Shown one piece after another: positions 8,586 to 17,670 of a stretch of DNA of 64,000 bases. The DNA is taken from assembly GCA_943370125.1 (NCBI GenBank), contig CALRPR020000008.1, positions 3,826 through 67,825 on the forward strand, in the 5' to 3' direction. Numbering within the stretch: position 1 is the first letter of the stretch; each line of letters opens with the position of its first letter. The notes under the pieces were generated by a model that was not told the origin of the DNA, made no database searches, and saw only the letters and a program-made list of their open reading frames with translations. The DNA comes from Bosea thiooxidans. Its GTDB lineage: Bacteria > Pseudomonadota > Alphaproteobacteria > Acetobacterales > Acetobacteraceae. Position numbers and translations under genes: made by a program.

Positions 8586-9743
8586 TCACGCCTGATGCAA
8601 CCCCCGGCGATAGGTGGAAGGCTCCATATCCTTCACCGATTTCGCGCGTTTTTCGAGCCAATAGCTCTGCGCCGGTGGCATGGCATCGAAAGCGGCATCC
8701 ACGCCGAGCTTACGCGCCGCATCGGTTGGCCAGTTCGGATTATAGAGAATCTCACGCCCAATCGCGATCAGATCAGCATCGCCGGCTTGCAGAATCGCCT
8801 CGGCCTGATCGGCATGCACAATCAAGCCAACCGCCATGGTCGCGATTGGTGCATCCTGCCGAAGACGCCGCGCATAGGGCACCTGATAGCCATAGCCTGG
8901 TCGCGCGGCCTTGGGTGGGCCGCCGCTAATACCGCCAGACGAGCAATCCACCACATCAATACCGGCAGCACCAACAAGCCGCGCCAGGCGGATGCTTTGT
9001 TCTACATCCCAACCCGAATCATCTTCCACCGAGAAGCGCATGAAAAGCGGCTTATGCGCCGGCCAGACTGCACGTACCGCTTCCACAACTTCTAGCGCGA
9101 AGCGCATGCGGTTAAGCTCTGTCCCGCCATAGTCGTCATTGCGACGATTGGCAGAAGGCGAAAGGAATTGGTGAAGCAAATAACCATGCGCGGCGTGGAT
9201 TTCCAACACGTCAAAGCCAGCAGAATCCGCACGCCGCGCGGCATCCGCCCAATGCTGCACCACTTGTGGGATTTCATCGCGCGTCAGGGCGCGTGGCATG
9301 GGGTCCCCCGCATCGCCAATCTCAGCGCTGGGGGCGACAAGTTCCCATGCCTCCCAATCAGTAATCGCAGGGCTTTGCACCAGCGGCGCGCCACCTTCCC
9401 AGGGGCGAAAGCGCCGCGCCTTGCGGCCGGAATGGCCGATCTGAATCGCCGGCACCGAACCATTGGCGCGAATCAAATCCGCCACGCGCTTCATGCCGGG
9501 GATGAAGGCATCATCCCAAAGGCCGGTATCGCCCAAAGTGCCGCAGCCGCGCCGTTCCACCTTGGTACTTTCCACCATCACCATGCCGGCACCACCCGCG
9601 GCAAAGCGCCCGGCATTCATCAAATGCCAATCGGTGATGAAGCCACGATCTGCAGCGTATTGATGCATGGGCGCGACCACCACGCGATTCTTCAGCGTAA
9701 CGCCACATTTGGTCCATGGCGTGAAAAGCAAGGGCAGGGTCAT
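8586..9743 (-). CDS. NADH:flavin oxidoreductase (OYE, YqjM/XenA class), second paralogue
   Basis: LKNRVVVAPMHQY, QIGHSGRKA, EIHAAHGYLLHQFLSP, NRRNDDYGG, AIGREILYNPNW; GGAGGA upstream of ATG 9743. Confidence 0.92.
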   Translation of the reverse strand: MTLPLLFTPWTKCGVTLKNRVVVAPMHQYAADRGFITDWHLMNAGRFAAGGAGMVMVESTKVERRGCGTLGDTGLWDDAFIPGMKRVADLIRANGSVPAIQIGHSGRKARRFRPWEGGAPLVQSPAITDWEAWELVAPSAEIGDAGDPMPRALTRDEIPQVVQHWADAARRADSAGFDVLEIHAAHGYLLHQFLSPSANRRNDDYGGTELNRMRFALEVVEAVRAVWPAHKPLFMRFSVEDDSGWDVEQSIRLARLVGAAGIDVVDCSSGGISGGPPKAARPGYGYQVPYARRLRQDAPIATMAVGLIVHADQAEAILQAGDADLIAIGREILYNPNWPTDAARKLGVDAAFDAMPPAQSYWLEKRAKSVKDMEPSTYRRGLHQA

Positions 9744-9797
9744 GGTGTAATCCTCCGCAGCCAAGCCTAGGCCAGGATGATTGCGCTGGTAAGGGGT

Positions 9798-11429
9798 TCA
9801 GACCGTCACATAACCAAGCGCTTGATCCGCCTTGCGCGTTTCTGCTGATCGCGTCGCAGGATTACCAAAGCCGCCGCCCCCGGATGTTTCCAGCCGCACG
9901 ATATCGCCCTTCAGCAAGCGCACCGCATCGCTTTTCGGTGCGATGGGTGTTTCCTGCCCGTCGCGAATGCGCATCAAGCGTCCAAGGCTGGCAGGCTTCC
10001 CGCCAGCAAGGCCATAGGGCGGAGAGCGAAAGCGATCCATATTCGCGGTGAAGATCCCCGCGGGGCTATCCACGCGCCATTCGCGAATAAGGCCAAGACC
10101 GCCGCGATATTGCCCATCACCGCCTGAATCAGGCTTCAGCCCGTAATGCGTGATTGTCAGCGGCATTTGGCTTTCGATCATTTCGATCGGGATATTGCTG
10201 TTGTTGTGCATACCGAAGGACCAGGCATTCACACCATCCTTGGCGGGGCTGGCGCCAGTGCCGCCAATTTCGATTTCCACCAGCACTTCACGCCCGCCAT
10301 CCGCTGCTTCGGTCTGAAAGGTCGCTACGTAAGAACCGCCGTAATAGGCAGCCGGCATGCGGTCCGGCAGCGCCTGATGCAGGCAGCCGAACATGACATT
10401 GGCCAGCCGATGACAAACCGCGACACGATGCGCAACAGATGCTGGCGCGCGGCAGGATGTGACACTGCCTTCACGGTGGTGAATGCGAATGGGGCGATAG
10501 CAGCCCGCATTAGCCGGCATGGCGCCATCAGTCGCCGCGATAATACTGTAATAGACAGCACAATTGGACATCGCCGGCGTGCAATTGATGGGACCACGCT
10601 GCTGATCAGCGCAGGCGGTCAGATCAACCTCAATCTCATCACCCTTGATGGTGATGGAGGCATAAAGGCGCACCGGTTCACCGGATACACCATCATCATC
10701 GAGGAAATCTTCGAAGCTATAGTTGCCATCCGGCATGGCGCGAATGGCAGCACGCATCGCGGCTTCACTCTGATCCAGGATGCGGCCTGTGGCTTCAATC
10801 AGTGTAGCGGCACCATAGCGCGCGGCAATACGGCGGATGGAAGCAGCGCCAACCTCAAGGCTTGCCAATTGGGATTGCAAATCCCCCAGCATGAGTGCGG
10901 GCTTACGCACATTCTGCCCGATCATGGCGTAGATGGCTTTGTTCAGCACGCCGCCTTCAATCAGCTTCAGCGGTGGAATACGGAGCCCTTCCTGAAAGAC
11001 TTCCGTGGCTGTCGCGGCATAGGAACCTGGCGCCATGCCGCCCATGTCTATGTGATGGCACAGCGCGCCCACGTAAGCCACCCGTTTGCCATCATGGAAA
11101 ACTGGCTTGAAGACCAAGATGTCGTTCAGGTGTTGCGCGCCGCAATAGGGATCATTGGTGGCGACAACATCATCTTCGTGCCAATCCGCCGCATCCACGA
11201 AGCGATCCAGCAATATGCGGAGCGCCGCGCCCATGGAATTCAAATGCTGCGGAATGCGTGCAGATTGCGCGACATTATTGCCATCAGCGTCGAAGACCGC
11301 GGTGGAATAATCCAGCAATTCGCGCACAGTGGTGCTGCGGCTAGTACGCCAAATGGTGATATCCATCTCGGCCGCGGCCGCGGTCAGTGCATTGCGGATG
11401 ACTTCGATTTCGATGGGGCCGAGGCTCAT
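9798..11429 (-). CDS. Hydantoinase B/oxoprolinase-family subunit
   Basis: RELLDYSTAVFD, NDPYCGAQHLND, HHIDMGGMAPGS, FQEGLRIPP, SGGDGQYRGGLG, TSGGGGFG; ATGA overlap with the A subunit. Confidence 0.92.
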   Translation of the reverse strand: MSLGPIEIEVIRNALTAAAAEMDITIWRTSRSTTVRELLDYSTAVFDADGNNVAQSARIPQHLNSMGAALRILLDRFVDAADWHEDDVVATNDPYCGAQHLNDILVFKPVFHDGKRVAYVGALCHHIDMGGMAPGSYAATATEVFQEGLRIPPLKLIEGGVLNKAIYAMIGQNVRKPALMLGDLQSQLASLEVGAASIRRIAARYGAATLIEATGRILDQSEAAMRAAIRAMPDGNYSFEDFLDDDGVSGEPVRLYASITIKGDEIEVDLTACADQQRGPINCTPAMSNCAVYYSIIAATDGAMPANAGCYRPIRIHHREGSVTSCRAPASVAHRVAVCHRLANVMFGCLHQALPDRMPAAYYGGSYVATFQTEAADGGREVLVEIEIGGTGASPAKDGVNAWSFGMHNNSNIPIEMIESQMPLTITHYGLKPDSGGDGQYRGGLGLIREWRVDSPAGIFTANMDRFRSPPYGLAGGKPASLGRLMRIRDGQETPIAPKSDAVRLLKGDIVRLETSGGGGFGNPATRSAETRKADQALGYVTV

Positions 11430-13495
11430 TGCGCGATCTTCTTTGCAATCAGGGCGCCGCCGGCGGCAAGCCTTGCTTGCCAGGCGCGGGAAATCCAATG
11501 GGTGGCAAAGGCTTCTTCGATGATGGCGGGGCCATCGATCAGGTCTTCGGCGCCAAGCGCCTCCCGGTCCCAAACAATCACGTCACACCATTGCTGGCCA
11601 TCAAAGGCGCGGCGCTTTGCCTTGCGCGCTGGGCGGGAAGCCGGGGTTGGTTCGCGCAATACCGGCTTCGCAAGCTTGCCTTTGGCAATGGCGCGGAAGG
11701 TGACGAGTTCCACTGCTTCATCCTGACTGGAATAGGAAAAGCGCTGTTTATGCGTGGCATGAAAGCGCTGGATCAGGTCAGCCAAGGCGGCCTCATCCGG
11801 GGCGTGTAGTTGGCCCCATGGGACAAGCAGCTCAAAGGCCTGGCCGTGATAGCGCATGTCAGCGGCAATCGTGATTTCACGTTCATCAGCCGGAATGCCA
11901 TCTTGCGCCAGCCGTGCATCCGCTGCCTGGCGCAATTCCGCGATGATCTCGCGCATCTGTGGCAGGCCAGCGGGTTCAGCGCGCGTCAACCTTGTGCGCG
12001 CCAAATCCTGCACCAGATCAGAAAACAGGATGCCATAGGCAGAAAGCGTGCCAGGTTCGCGCGGGAAGATCACTTCCGTGATACCCATTTCCTCGGCCAC
12101 TTCGATGGCGTGCAACCCGCCAGCACCGCCGAAGGACAGCAGCGCGAAGTCACGTGGATCGAGCCCTTTTTCAAATAGCGAAAGCCGCACGGCGGCGCCG
12201 AGATTGGCGTTGGTGACCGTCAGCATACCGGCCGCCGCCTGTTCCAACGACAAATGCAACGGCGCGCCGATGCGTGTTTCAATCGCGGCGCGCGTGGCCG
12301 GCATATCAAGTTTGATGGCGCCGCCGAGGAAGAAATCAGGATCAAGACGGCCGAGTGCCAGATTGGCATCCGTGACTGTGGGTTCCGTACCGCCGCGCCC
12401 ATAGGCAACCGGCCCGGGCCGTGCGCCGGCGCTACGCGGGCCAACCGTGAGCCGCCCAGCGGCATCAACAGAACCGATGGAACCGCCGCCTGCTCCGATG
12501 GTGCGCATTTCCACCATGGGAAGGCGCACGGGCAGACGGTCAATCTCGCCCTGCGTAATCACGGAAACGCGCCCGCCTTGCACCACAGAGACATCATAGG
12601 ATGTGCCGCCCATATCCACCGCAACCAAATTGGGACGCGCGAGCAATTCTGAAATGCGTCCCGCAGCCAAGGCGCCGCCTGATGGGCCGGAGAGCAATAG
12701 CCGTGCCGGTTGTTCAGCCGCCATGCGCAGGCTGCATACGCCGCCATTGGATTGCACCAGGAAAACAAGCGGCGAAAATCCGTCCTCCCCCAAACGCTTT
12801 TCAAGCCGGTCCAGATAGGCTTTTACCACCGGCATCAGAAGTGCGTTCAGGACAGTGGTGGAGCAACGCTCATATTCGCGAATTTCCGGGGAAATATCGG
12901 CAGAAAGTGAAATCGGCAGATCGGGGCGCGCGGCCTGGATCAGCGCAGCCAGGCGCTTTTCATGGGCTGGATTGGCATAGGCATGCAGCAGCGAAATCGC
13001 GATGGTCTCGGCGCTAAGATATTGGATGCGATCCAGCAGTGCGGGTAGTTGAGATTCATCCAGCGGTATCTCAGCGCTACCATCTGCGCGCAAACGCTCC
13101 TGCACACCAAGCCGGCGGTCGCGCGGGATCAGCGTTGGGAAAGGCTCTTGCGCCAGGCCGTAAATATCGCGCCGGACATGGCGATTGATTTCAAGCACAT
13201 CCTCAAAACCCGCTGTAGTCAGCAAAACGCCGCGAGCGAGCTTTCTTTCCAGTACTGCATTGGTGGCGATGGTGGTCCCATGCAGCAAAAGCCCGACATC
13301 GGACAGCGCGAAACTGAAGCGTTCCGCAGCTTCCTTGACGCCAGTCAAAAGGCCGATTGAGGGGTCTTCCGGCGTCGTCGGCGTTTTCCATGCCTGCGCA
13401 ACGCCAAGCCGCGCATCCAGGATTTGCAGGTCAGTGAATGTGCCGCCAATATCAACAGCGATGCGAATGGGGCGCGTGGTGGTTTCGGTGCTCAA
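11426..13495 (-). CDS. Hydantoinase A/oxoprolinase-family ATP-binding subunit
   Basis: DIGGTFTD, HGTTIATNAVLERK, EIREYERCSTT, LLSGPSGG, DMGGTSYD, IGAGGGSI, GPRSAGARPGP, FGGAGGLHA, DMRYHGQ; TTG start uncertain. Confidence 0.92.
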   Translation of the reverse strand: MSTETTTRPIRIAVDIGGTFTDLQILDARLGVAQAWKTPTTPEDPSIGLLTGVKEAAERFSFALSDVGLLLHGTTIATNAVLERKLARGVLLTTAGFEDVLEINRHVRRDIYGLAQEPFPTLIPRDRRLGVQERLRADGSAEIPLDESQLPALLDRIQYLSAETIAISLLHAYANPAHEKRLAALIQAARPDLPISLSADISPEIREYERCSTTVLNALLMPVVKAYLDRLEKRLGEDGFSPLVFLVQSNGGVCSLRMAAEQPARLLLSGPSGGALAAGRISELLARPNLVAVDMGGTSYDVSVVQGGRVSVITQGEIDRLPVRLPMVEMRTIGAGGGSIGSVDAAGRLTVGPRSAGARPGPVAYGRGGTEPTVTDANLALGRLDPDFFLGGAIKLDMPATRAAIETRIGAPLHLSLEQAAAGMLTVTNANLGAAVRLSLFEKGLDPRDFALLSFGGAGGLHAIEVAEEMGITEVIFPREPGTLSAYGILFSDLVQDLARTRLTRAEPAGLPQMREIIAELRQAADARLAQDGIPADEREITIAADMRYHGQAFELLVPWGQLHAPDEAALADLIQRFHATHKQRFSYSSQDEAVELVTFRAIAKGKLAKPVLREPTPASRPARKAKRRAFDGQQWCDVIVWDREALGAEDLIDGPAIIEEAFATHWISRAWQARLAAGGALIAKKIAQ

Positions 13496-13518
13496 GGTTT
13501 GGATCCGTCGAGAATGGG

Positions 13519-14883
13519 TCAGCTCATGACGCTAGGCAGCCAAAGCGCCAGACCGGGGAATATCATCAGAAGCGCTACGGCCAAAAGATAGACGGCGAGG
13601 AAGGGCATGACGCCAGCGAAGACATCCGTGATGGGGCCCGGGCGTTTTCGCATGCCTTGCAGGACGTACATCACCGTCCCATCAGGCGGGCTGATTTGGG
13701 CAATTTCGACCAGCATGGTGACGATTACGCCAAACCAGATCGGGTCATAGCCAAGCGCCGTGACGATGGGAAAGACCACCGGCACCGTGGTGATGATCAT
13801 GGAAAAGCCTTCCATGAAAGTGCCGAGCGCCACGTAAAGCGCAATGATGCAAAGCATGATGGCCCAAGGCGGGATCGGCAGGCCAGAGATCATACCCGCG
13901 AGCGCTTGCGGCACATTGATCAGCGTCAGGATATAGTTCAGCAAATAGGCGCCAAACAGGATCAGCCCAAGCAGCGCCGTATTGCGCGCTGTCGCCTCGG
14001 CTGAGGCATTCAACATGCGCAGTGTCAGCTTGCCTTCCAATGCTGCGAAAAGCGCGGCGCCAACAACACCAAGCGCGGCGGCTTCGGTCGGCGTAGCGAA
14101 GCCACCATAGATGGACCCCAGCACCAGCAGAATCAGCAAGACCGTCGGCACAAGATCAACCAACGCGCGGAGCTTCGTGGCAAGCGGCAGCTTGGCCGGC
14201 TTTTCCATGGGATGCGTCAGGCCATGGGCCAGGATCACCATGATGAAAAGCCCAGTGACAAGCAGCGATGGAATAATCGCAGCGATATAAAGCGCTCCGA
14301 CCGAGGTTTCCGTGATAAGGCCATAGATGATGAAGGTGATGCCCGGTGGAATCAGATTGCCCAAGGCACCGCCGGCAGCGAGCGAGCCCAGCACCATGCG
14401 TTGGCTGTATTTCGTATCCTGGAAATAGGGCAGTGCCACCGAACCCATTGTGGCCGCGGTTGCAACTGAACTGCCGGAGATTGCAGAAAATACCGCGCAG
14501 GAGACGATATTTGTATGCAGCAATCCGCCTGGCATACGGTTCAGCCAGACATTCAGCGCGCGATAAAGCCGATCTGAAAGACCCGCGCGAAGCAGGATTT
14601 CGCCCATCAACAGGAATAGTGGCACCGCAACCAGCACGAAGTTGGAAGATGGCGCCCAAAGTGTTTGTCCCATGAAGGCCCACCAGGGGCGATCAGAAAA
14701 CAAAAAGCCGACCAGTACGCCAAGTATGCCGAGCACGGCTGCGATATAGACGCCCGAGCCGAAAAACAGCACGAAAATGCCCACCAGCATCAGGATTTCA
14801 GCGATGGGCAGGGCCTGCGCGCCAGTGGCTGCGGCGAAAACGGTCACCGCCAATAACCCCAGCAGAAAGACAATCGCGATCAT
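13519..14883 (-). CDS. dctM: TRAP transporter large permease
   Basis: AVPLFLLMGEIL, SAISGSSVATAATMG, LGNLIPPGI, GGFATPTEAAA, DPIWFGV, QISPP. Confidence 0.93.
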   Translation of the reverse strand: MIAIVFLLGLLAVTVFAAATGAQALPIAEILMLVGIFVLFFGSGVYIAAVLGILGVLVGFLFSDRPWWAFMGQTLWAPSSNFVLVAVPLFLLMGEILLRAGLSDRLYRALNVWLNRMPGGLLHTNIVSCAVFSAISGSSVATAATMGSVALPYFQDTKYSQRMVLGSLAAGGALGNLIPPGITFIIYGLITETSVGALYIAAIIPSLLVTGLFIMVILAHGLTHPMEKPAKLPLATKLRALVDLVPTVLLILLVLGSIYGGFATPTEAAALGVVGAALFAALEGKLTLRMLNASAEATARNTALLGLILFGAYLLNYILTLINVPQALAGMISGLPIPPWAIMLCIIALYVALGTFMEGFSMIITTVPVVFPIVTALGYDPIWFGVIVTMLVEIAQISPPDGTVMYVLQGMRKRPGPITDVFAGVMPFLAVYLLAVALLMIFPGLALWLPSVMS

Positions 14884-15521
14884 GCTTGCGGCCTTGGTGC
14901 TTCATGCGCCATGGCGACGGCTTCAAGCGCTTCGTCGGTTTCATCCTTCAGCGTGCGGGAACCGAGCAGCTCATCCAATTCCTCTGGCTGCCCCGCCAGG
15001 ATGGAAAGGCTTGCTTCCAGCATCAGCACCGCGGCCATGATGGCGAAGGTGATGATGCCAAAGGCCCAAATTCCCTGAGGCCAGATCATTTCAATCCGCA
15101 GCGCGGAATTGTCATGCGCATTGAACAGCGCACTTTCATCCACCAATTCCATCGCGGCCCAGGCGAAGAAAATCCCAAGCCCCAGCAGCAAGGTCAGCGA
15201 GAAAAGATGCAACCAGGCGCGCAGACCAAGCGGCAGGCGCATCATGAAGACATCCACGCGAATATGCGCGCGCTTGGCGAGTGTGTGCGCCAAGGCCCAA
15301 GCAATGCCACCCGCCAGCATATAGCCTGTGACTTCCACTGTTGCCTTGGAGGAAAAGCCGAAAAAACTCCGTGCAACAATGTCAAACGTAATGAAGCAGG
15401 CGCAGAGAATGTAATTCCAGCCAGCAATATGCGCCATCACGGCAGCCAGCGCGGCGACCCAAAGCCTGAGTCGCCGCGCCGCGTGAAGCAATGCTGGGGC
15501 CGTGCTGGCGCCGTTGCTCAT
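14880..15521 (-). CDS. dctQ: TRAP transporter small permease
   Basis: 4 hydrophobic segments, EVTGYML, HIRVD motif; lies between dctP and dctM with ATGA overlaps. Confidence 0.9.
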   Translation of the reverse strand: MSNGASTAPALLHAARRLRLWVAALAAVMAHIAGWNYILCACFITFDIVARSFFGFSSKATVEVTGYMLAGGIAWALAHTLAKRAHIRVDVFMMRLPLGLRAWLHLFSLTLLLGLGIFFAWAAMELVDESALFNAHDNSALRIEMIWPQGIWAFGIITFAIMAAVLMLEASLSILAGQPEELDELLGSRTLKDETDEALEAVAMAHEAPRPQA

Positions 15522-16591
15522 CCGCCGAAGCGCACGCCGCTGATAGGCGCAATCACGTCGTTGTAGACTTCACCGCAACGCGCGCCGCAGCGGCGCACCC
15601 AACCAGGCAATACGGTGGTGCGGAAAATCTCCTTCGCTTGTGCCTTGTCTGCGGCGGAAGCTGTCACTTCCGTCATGGGCCGCGCGGCGAGGTTGTGGAT
15701 GCTGCACCCAGCGGCGCGACCAATATTGCAATCAATGCCATCGCGCGTGGCAGCAAGGCCAAGCGCCCATTGCTGGTTGCTCACTTCCTTCATGGTTGCT
15801 TCCAAGAAGTCACGCACGGTGGGTTCCAGACGGTTCCACCAATTCAGGTTCACAAGATATCCAGCAACCGCCCAGGAAACCGGCAGGTCAGAGATATGCG
15901 TGGAAACTTCCGGCCAGCGCGCGGCGGCGCCGGAACCGGAACCGGTGATGGCGCAATCCACCACACCGCGCTCCAAAGCGGAATAAACTTCAGGGAATCC
16001 GATGCTGACCGGTTGCGCGCCTAGGGTGGTGAAGAAATCCACCAGTGAATTGCCGAAGGTGCGAATGCGTCGACCGCGCAAATCATTCAGGCTGGTGAAG
16101 GGGGCGCGGCAAAACACTACCTGCGCTGGGAAGGGATACATCGCCACCAGCCGTGCGCCGAAGCGTTCCAGATCCCGATTGGCAACTGGCAACACCGCTT
16201 CCGCAATGCGACGCGCGTCATTGATGTCTGGTGCCAGCCCCGCCAAATCAATGCCATCCAAAATGGGAACATCGCCGGACAGAGTCGTCAGAGTGCCGGC
16301 GCCGATTTCCACCTGGCCAGAACGTACCAGGCGGACGATTTCATTGCCCGCCAGATTGCGTTCTGCATGGGTTGAAAGCTGAACCTGCACGCGCCCATTG
16401 CTGCGTGCTGCGGTGCCATCGCGCAGCACCGGAATATCCACGCGGGTATATTGCGGCTGTGTCGGCAGTGGTTGCGTCACTGCAGAAATGCGAATGGGCG
16501 CGCCCGCCGGCAAAGTCGGCAATTGCGCCGCGGCGGAAAAGACAATGCCAGTCGCCAGCGCGGCACCGGTAAGGAGATGTTTCAGCATCAT
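15518..16591 (-). CDS. dctP: TRAP transporter substrate-binding protein
   Basis: Signal peptide, DLRGRRIRT, SIGFPEVYSALERGVVDCAITG; GGAGGA upstream. Confidence 0.9.
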   Translation of the reverse strand: MMLKHLLTGAALATGIVFSAAAQLPTLPAGAPIRISAVTQPLPTQPQYTRVDIPVLRDGTAARSNGRVQVQLSTHAERNLAGNEIVRLVRSGQVEIGAGTLTTLSGDVPILDGIDLAGLAPDINDARRIAEAVLPVANRDLERFGARLVAMYPFPAQVVFCRAPFTSLNDLRGRRIRTFGNSLVDFFTTLGAQPVSIGFPEVYSALERGVVDCAITGSGSGAAARWPEVSTHISDLPVSWAVAGYLVNLNWWNRLEPTVRDFLEATMKEVSNQQWALGLAATRDGIDCNIGRAAGCSIHNLAARPMTEVTASAADKAQAKEIFRTTVLPGWVRRCGARCGEVYNDVIAPISGVRFGG

Positions 16592-16747
16592 GAAGTCCTC
16601 CGAGGTCTGGTTATTTCCAGTAGTGCATCATGGGGGCGCCTCGGCGTCGAGGGTCTTTGGCGCGCAATCGCAGTAAAATCCGCTAACCTGCCGCAGTTGT
16701 GGGCAGGCGCGCCGGTAATGTGCCTATTAGGTCAGCCCCATGCCTTC

Positions 16748-17656
16748 TCACTTCGCCGGATGCACCGCCATCCAATGGCGGGCGATATCCACGCGACGCG
16801 TAATCCACACGTCGCGCTTGTCCGCCATGTAATCCAGCAACTTTTGCAGCGCGACAGCGCGCGCCGGGTGGCCGATCAGGCGCATATGCAGCCCGACCGA
16901 CATCATCTTGGGCTGACCCTTGCACCCTTCTTCATACATCATGTCGAAGGCGTCACGAATATAGGAAAACCACTGATCGGATGTGCCCAACCAGCCGGCA
17001 TATTTTCCATCATTATTCGTCAGTGAATACGGCACTACCAGATGCGGCTTGTCATTCACGCGTGTCCAGATGGGCAATTCATCGCCGTAATAGTCACTGT
17101 CATACAGAAACCCACCTTCTTCCACGACCAGCCGGCGGGTATTTACGGAAGGTCCATAGCGGCAATACCAGCCATCCGGCCGATGCCCGACAGTTTTTTG
17201 CTGGCTTTCAATGGCCTTGCGAATGTGGTCGCGTTCTTCTTCTTCTGATAACTCGAAATGCTTCACCCAGCGCCAGCCATGAGAACAGACATCATAGCCT
17301 GCGGCCTTGATGGCGGCGGCCGCTTCCGGATTGCGTTCCAGCGCCAGCGCGCAGCCGAAAATCGTGACGGGCAGATTGCGTTCCTGGAACAGCCGATGCA
17401 GGCGCCAAAAACCAACCCGGCTGCCATATTCAAACATACCCTCGGCTGCCAAATCGCGGCCTGATTTCACCTGATTGAGGCCATGCGCTTCGGTCAGGCC
17501 ATTTTCCGTGAAGCCATCGCCAAGTTCAAAGGATGGCTCACTGCCTTCCTCATAATTGATCACGAAATTCACGGCGAGTTTTGCGCCACCTGGCCATTGC
17601 GGGTCCGGCGGATTGGCGCCGTAGCCGATAAAATCTCGCGTGACTTGATAGGTCAT
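16748..17656 (-). CDS. Allantoinase PuuE-like polysaccharide-deacetylase-family hydrolase
   Basis: RDFIGYGANPPDPQWPGGAKLAVNFVINYEEGSE, FEYGSRVGFWRL, HGWRW, YDSDYYGDELP, MMSVGLHMRLIG. Confidence 0.88.
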   Translation of the reverse strand: MTYQVTRDFIGYGANPPDPQWPGGAKLAVNFVINYEEGSEPSFELGDGFTENGLTEAHGLNQVKSGRDLAAEGMFEYGSRVGFWRLHRLFQERNLPVTIFGCALALERNPEAAAAIKAAGYDVCSHGWRWVKHFELSEEEERDHIRKAIESQQKTVGHRPDGWYCRYGPSVNTRRLVVEEGGFLYDSDYYGDELPIWTRVNDKPHLVVPYSLTNNDGKYAGWLGTSDQWFSYIRDAFDMMYEEGCKGQPKMMSVGLHMRLIGHPARAVALQKLLDYMADKRDVWITRRVDIARHWMAVHPAK

Positions 17657-17670
17657 GGCGTCAATTCCTT

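Noticed and set aside
10146-11726. Long + strand ORF (526 aa) and similar long antisense ORFs, e.g. 26868-28259, 36971-38464, 53920-55134
   Set aside because: They lie opposite genes with clear family motifs, have no motifs of their own, and are expected stop-poor shadow frames in high-GC DNA.
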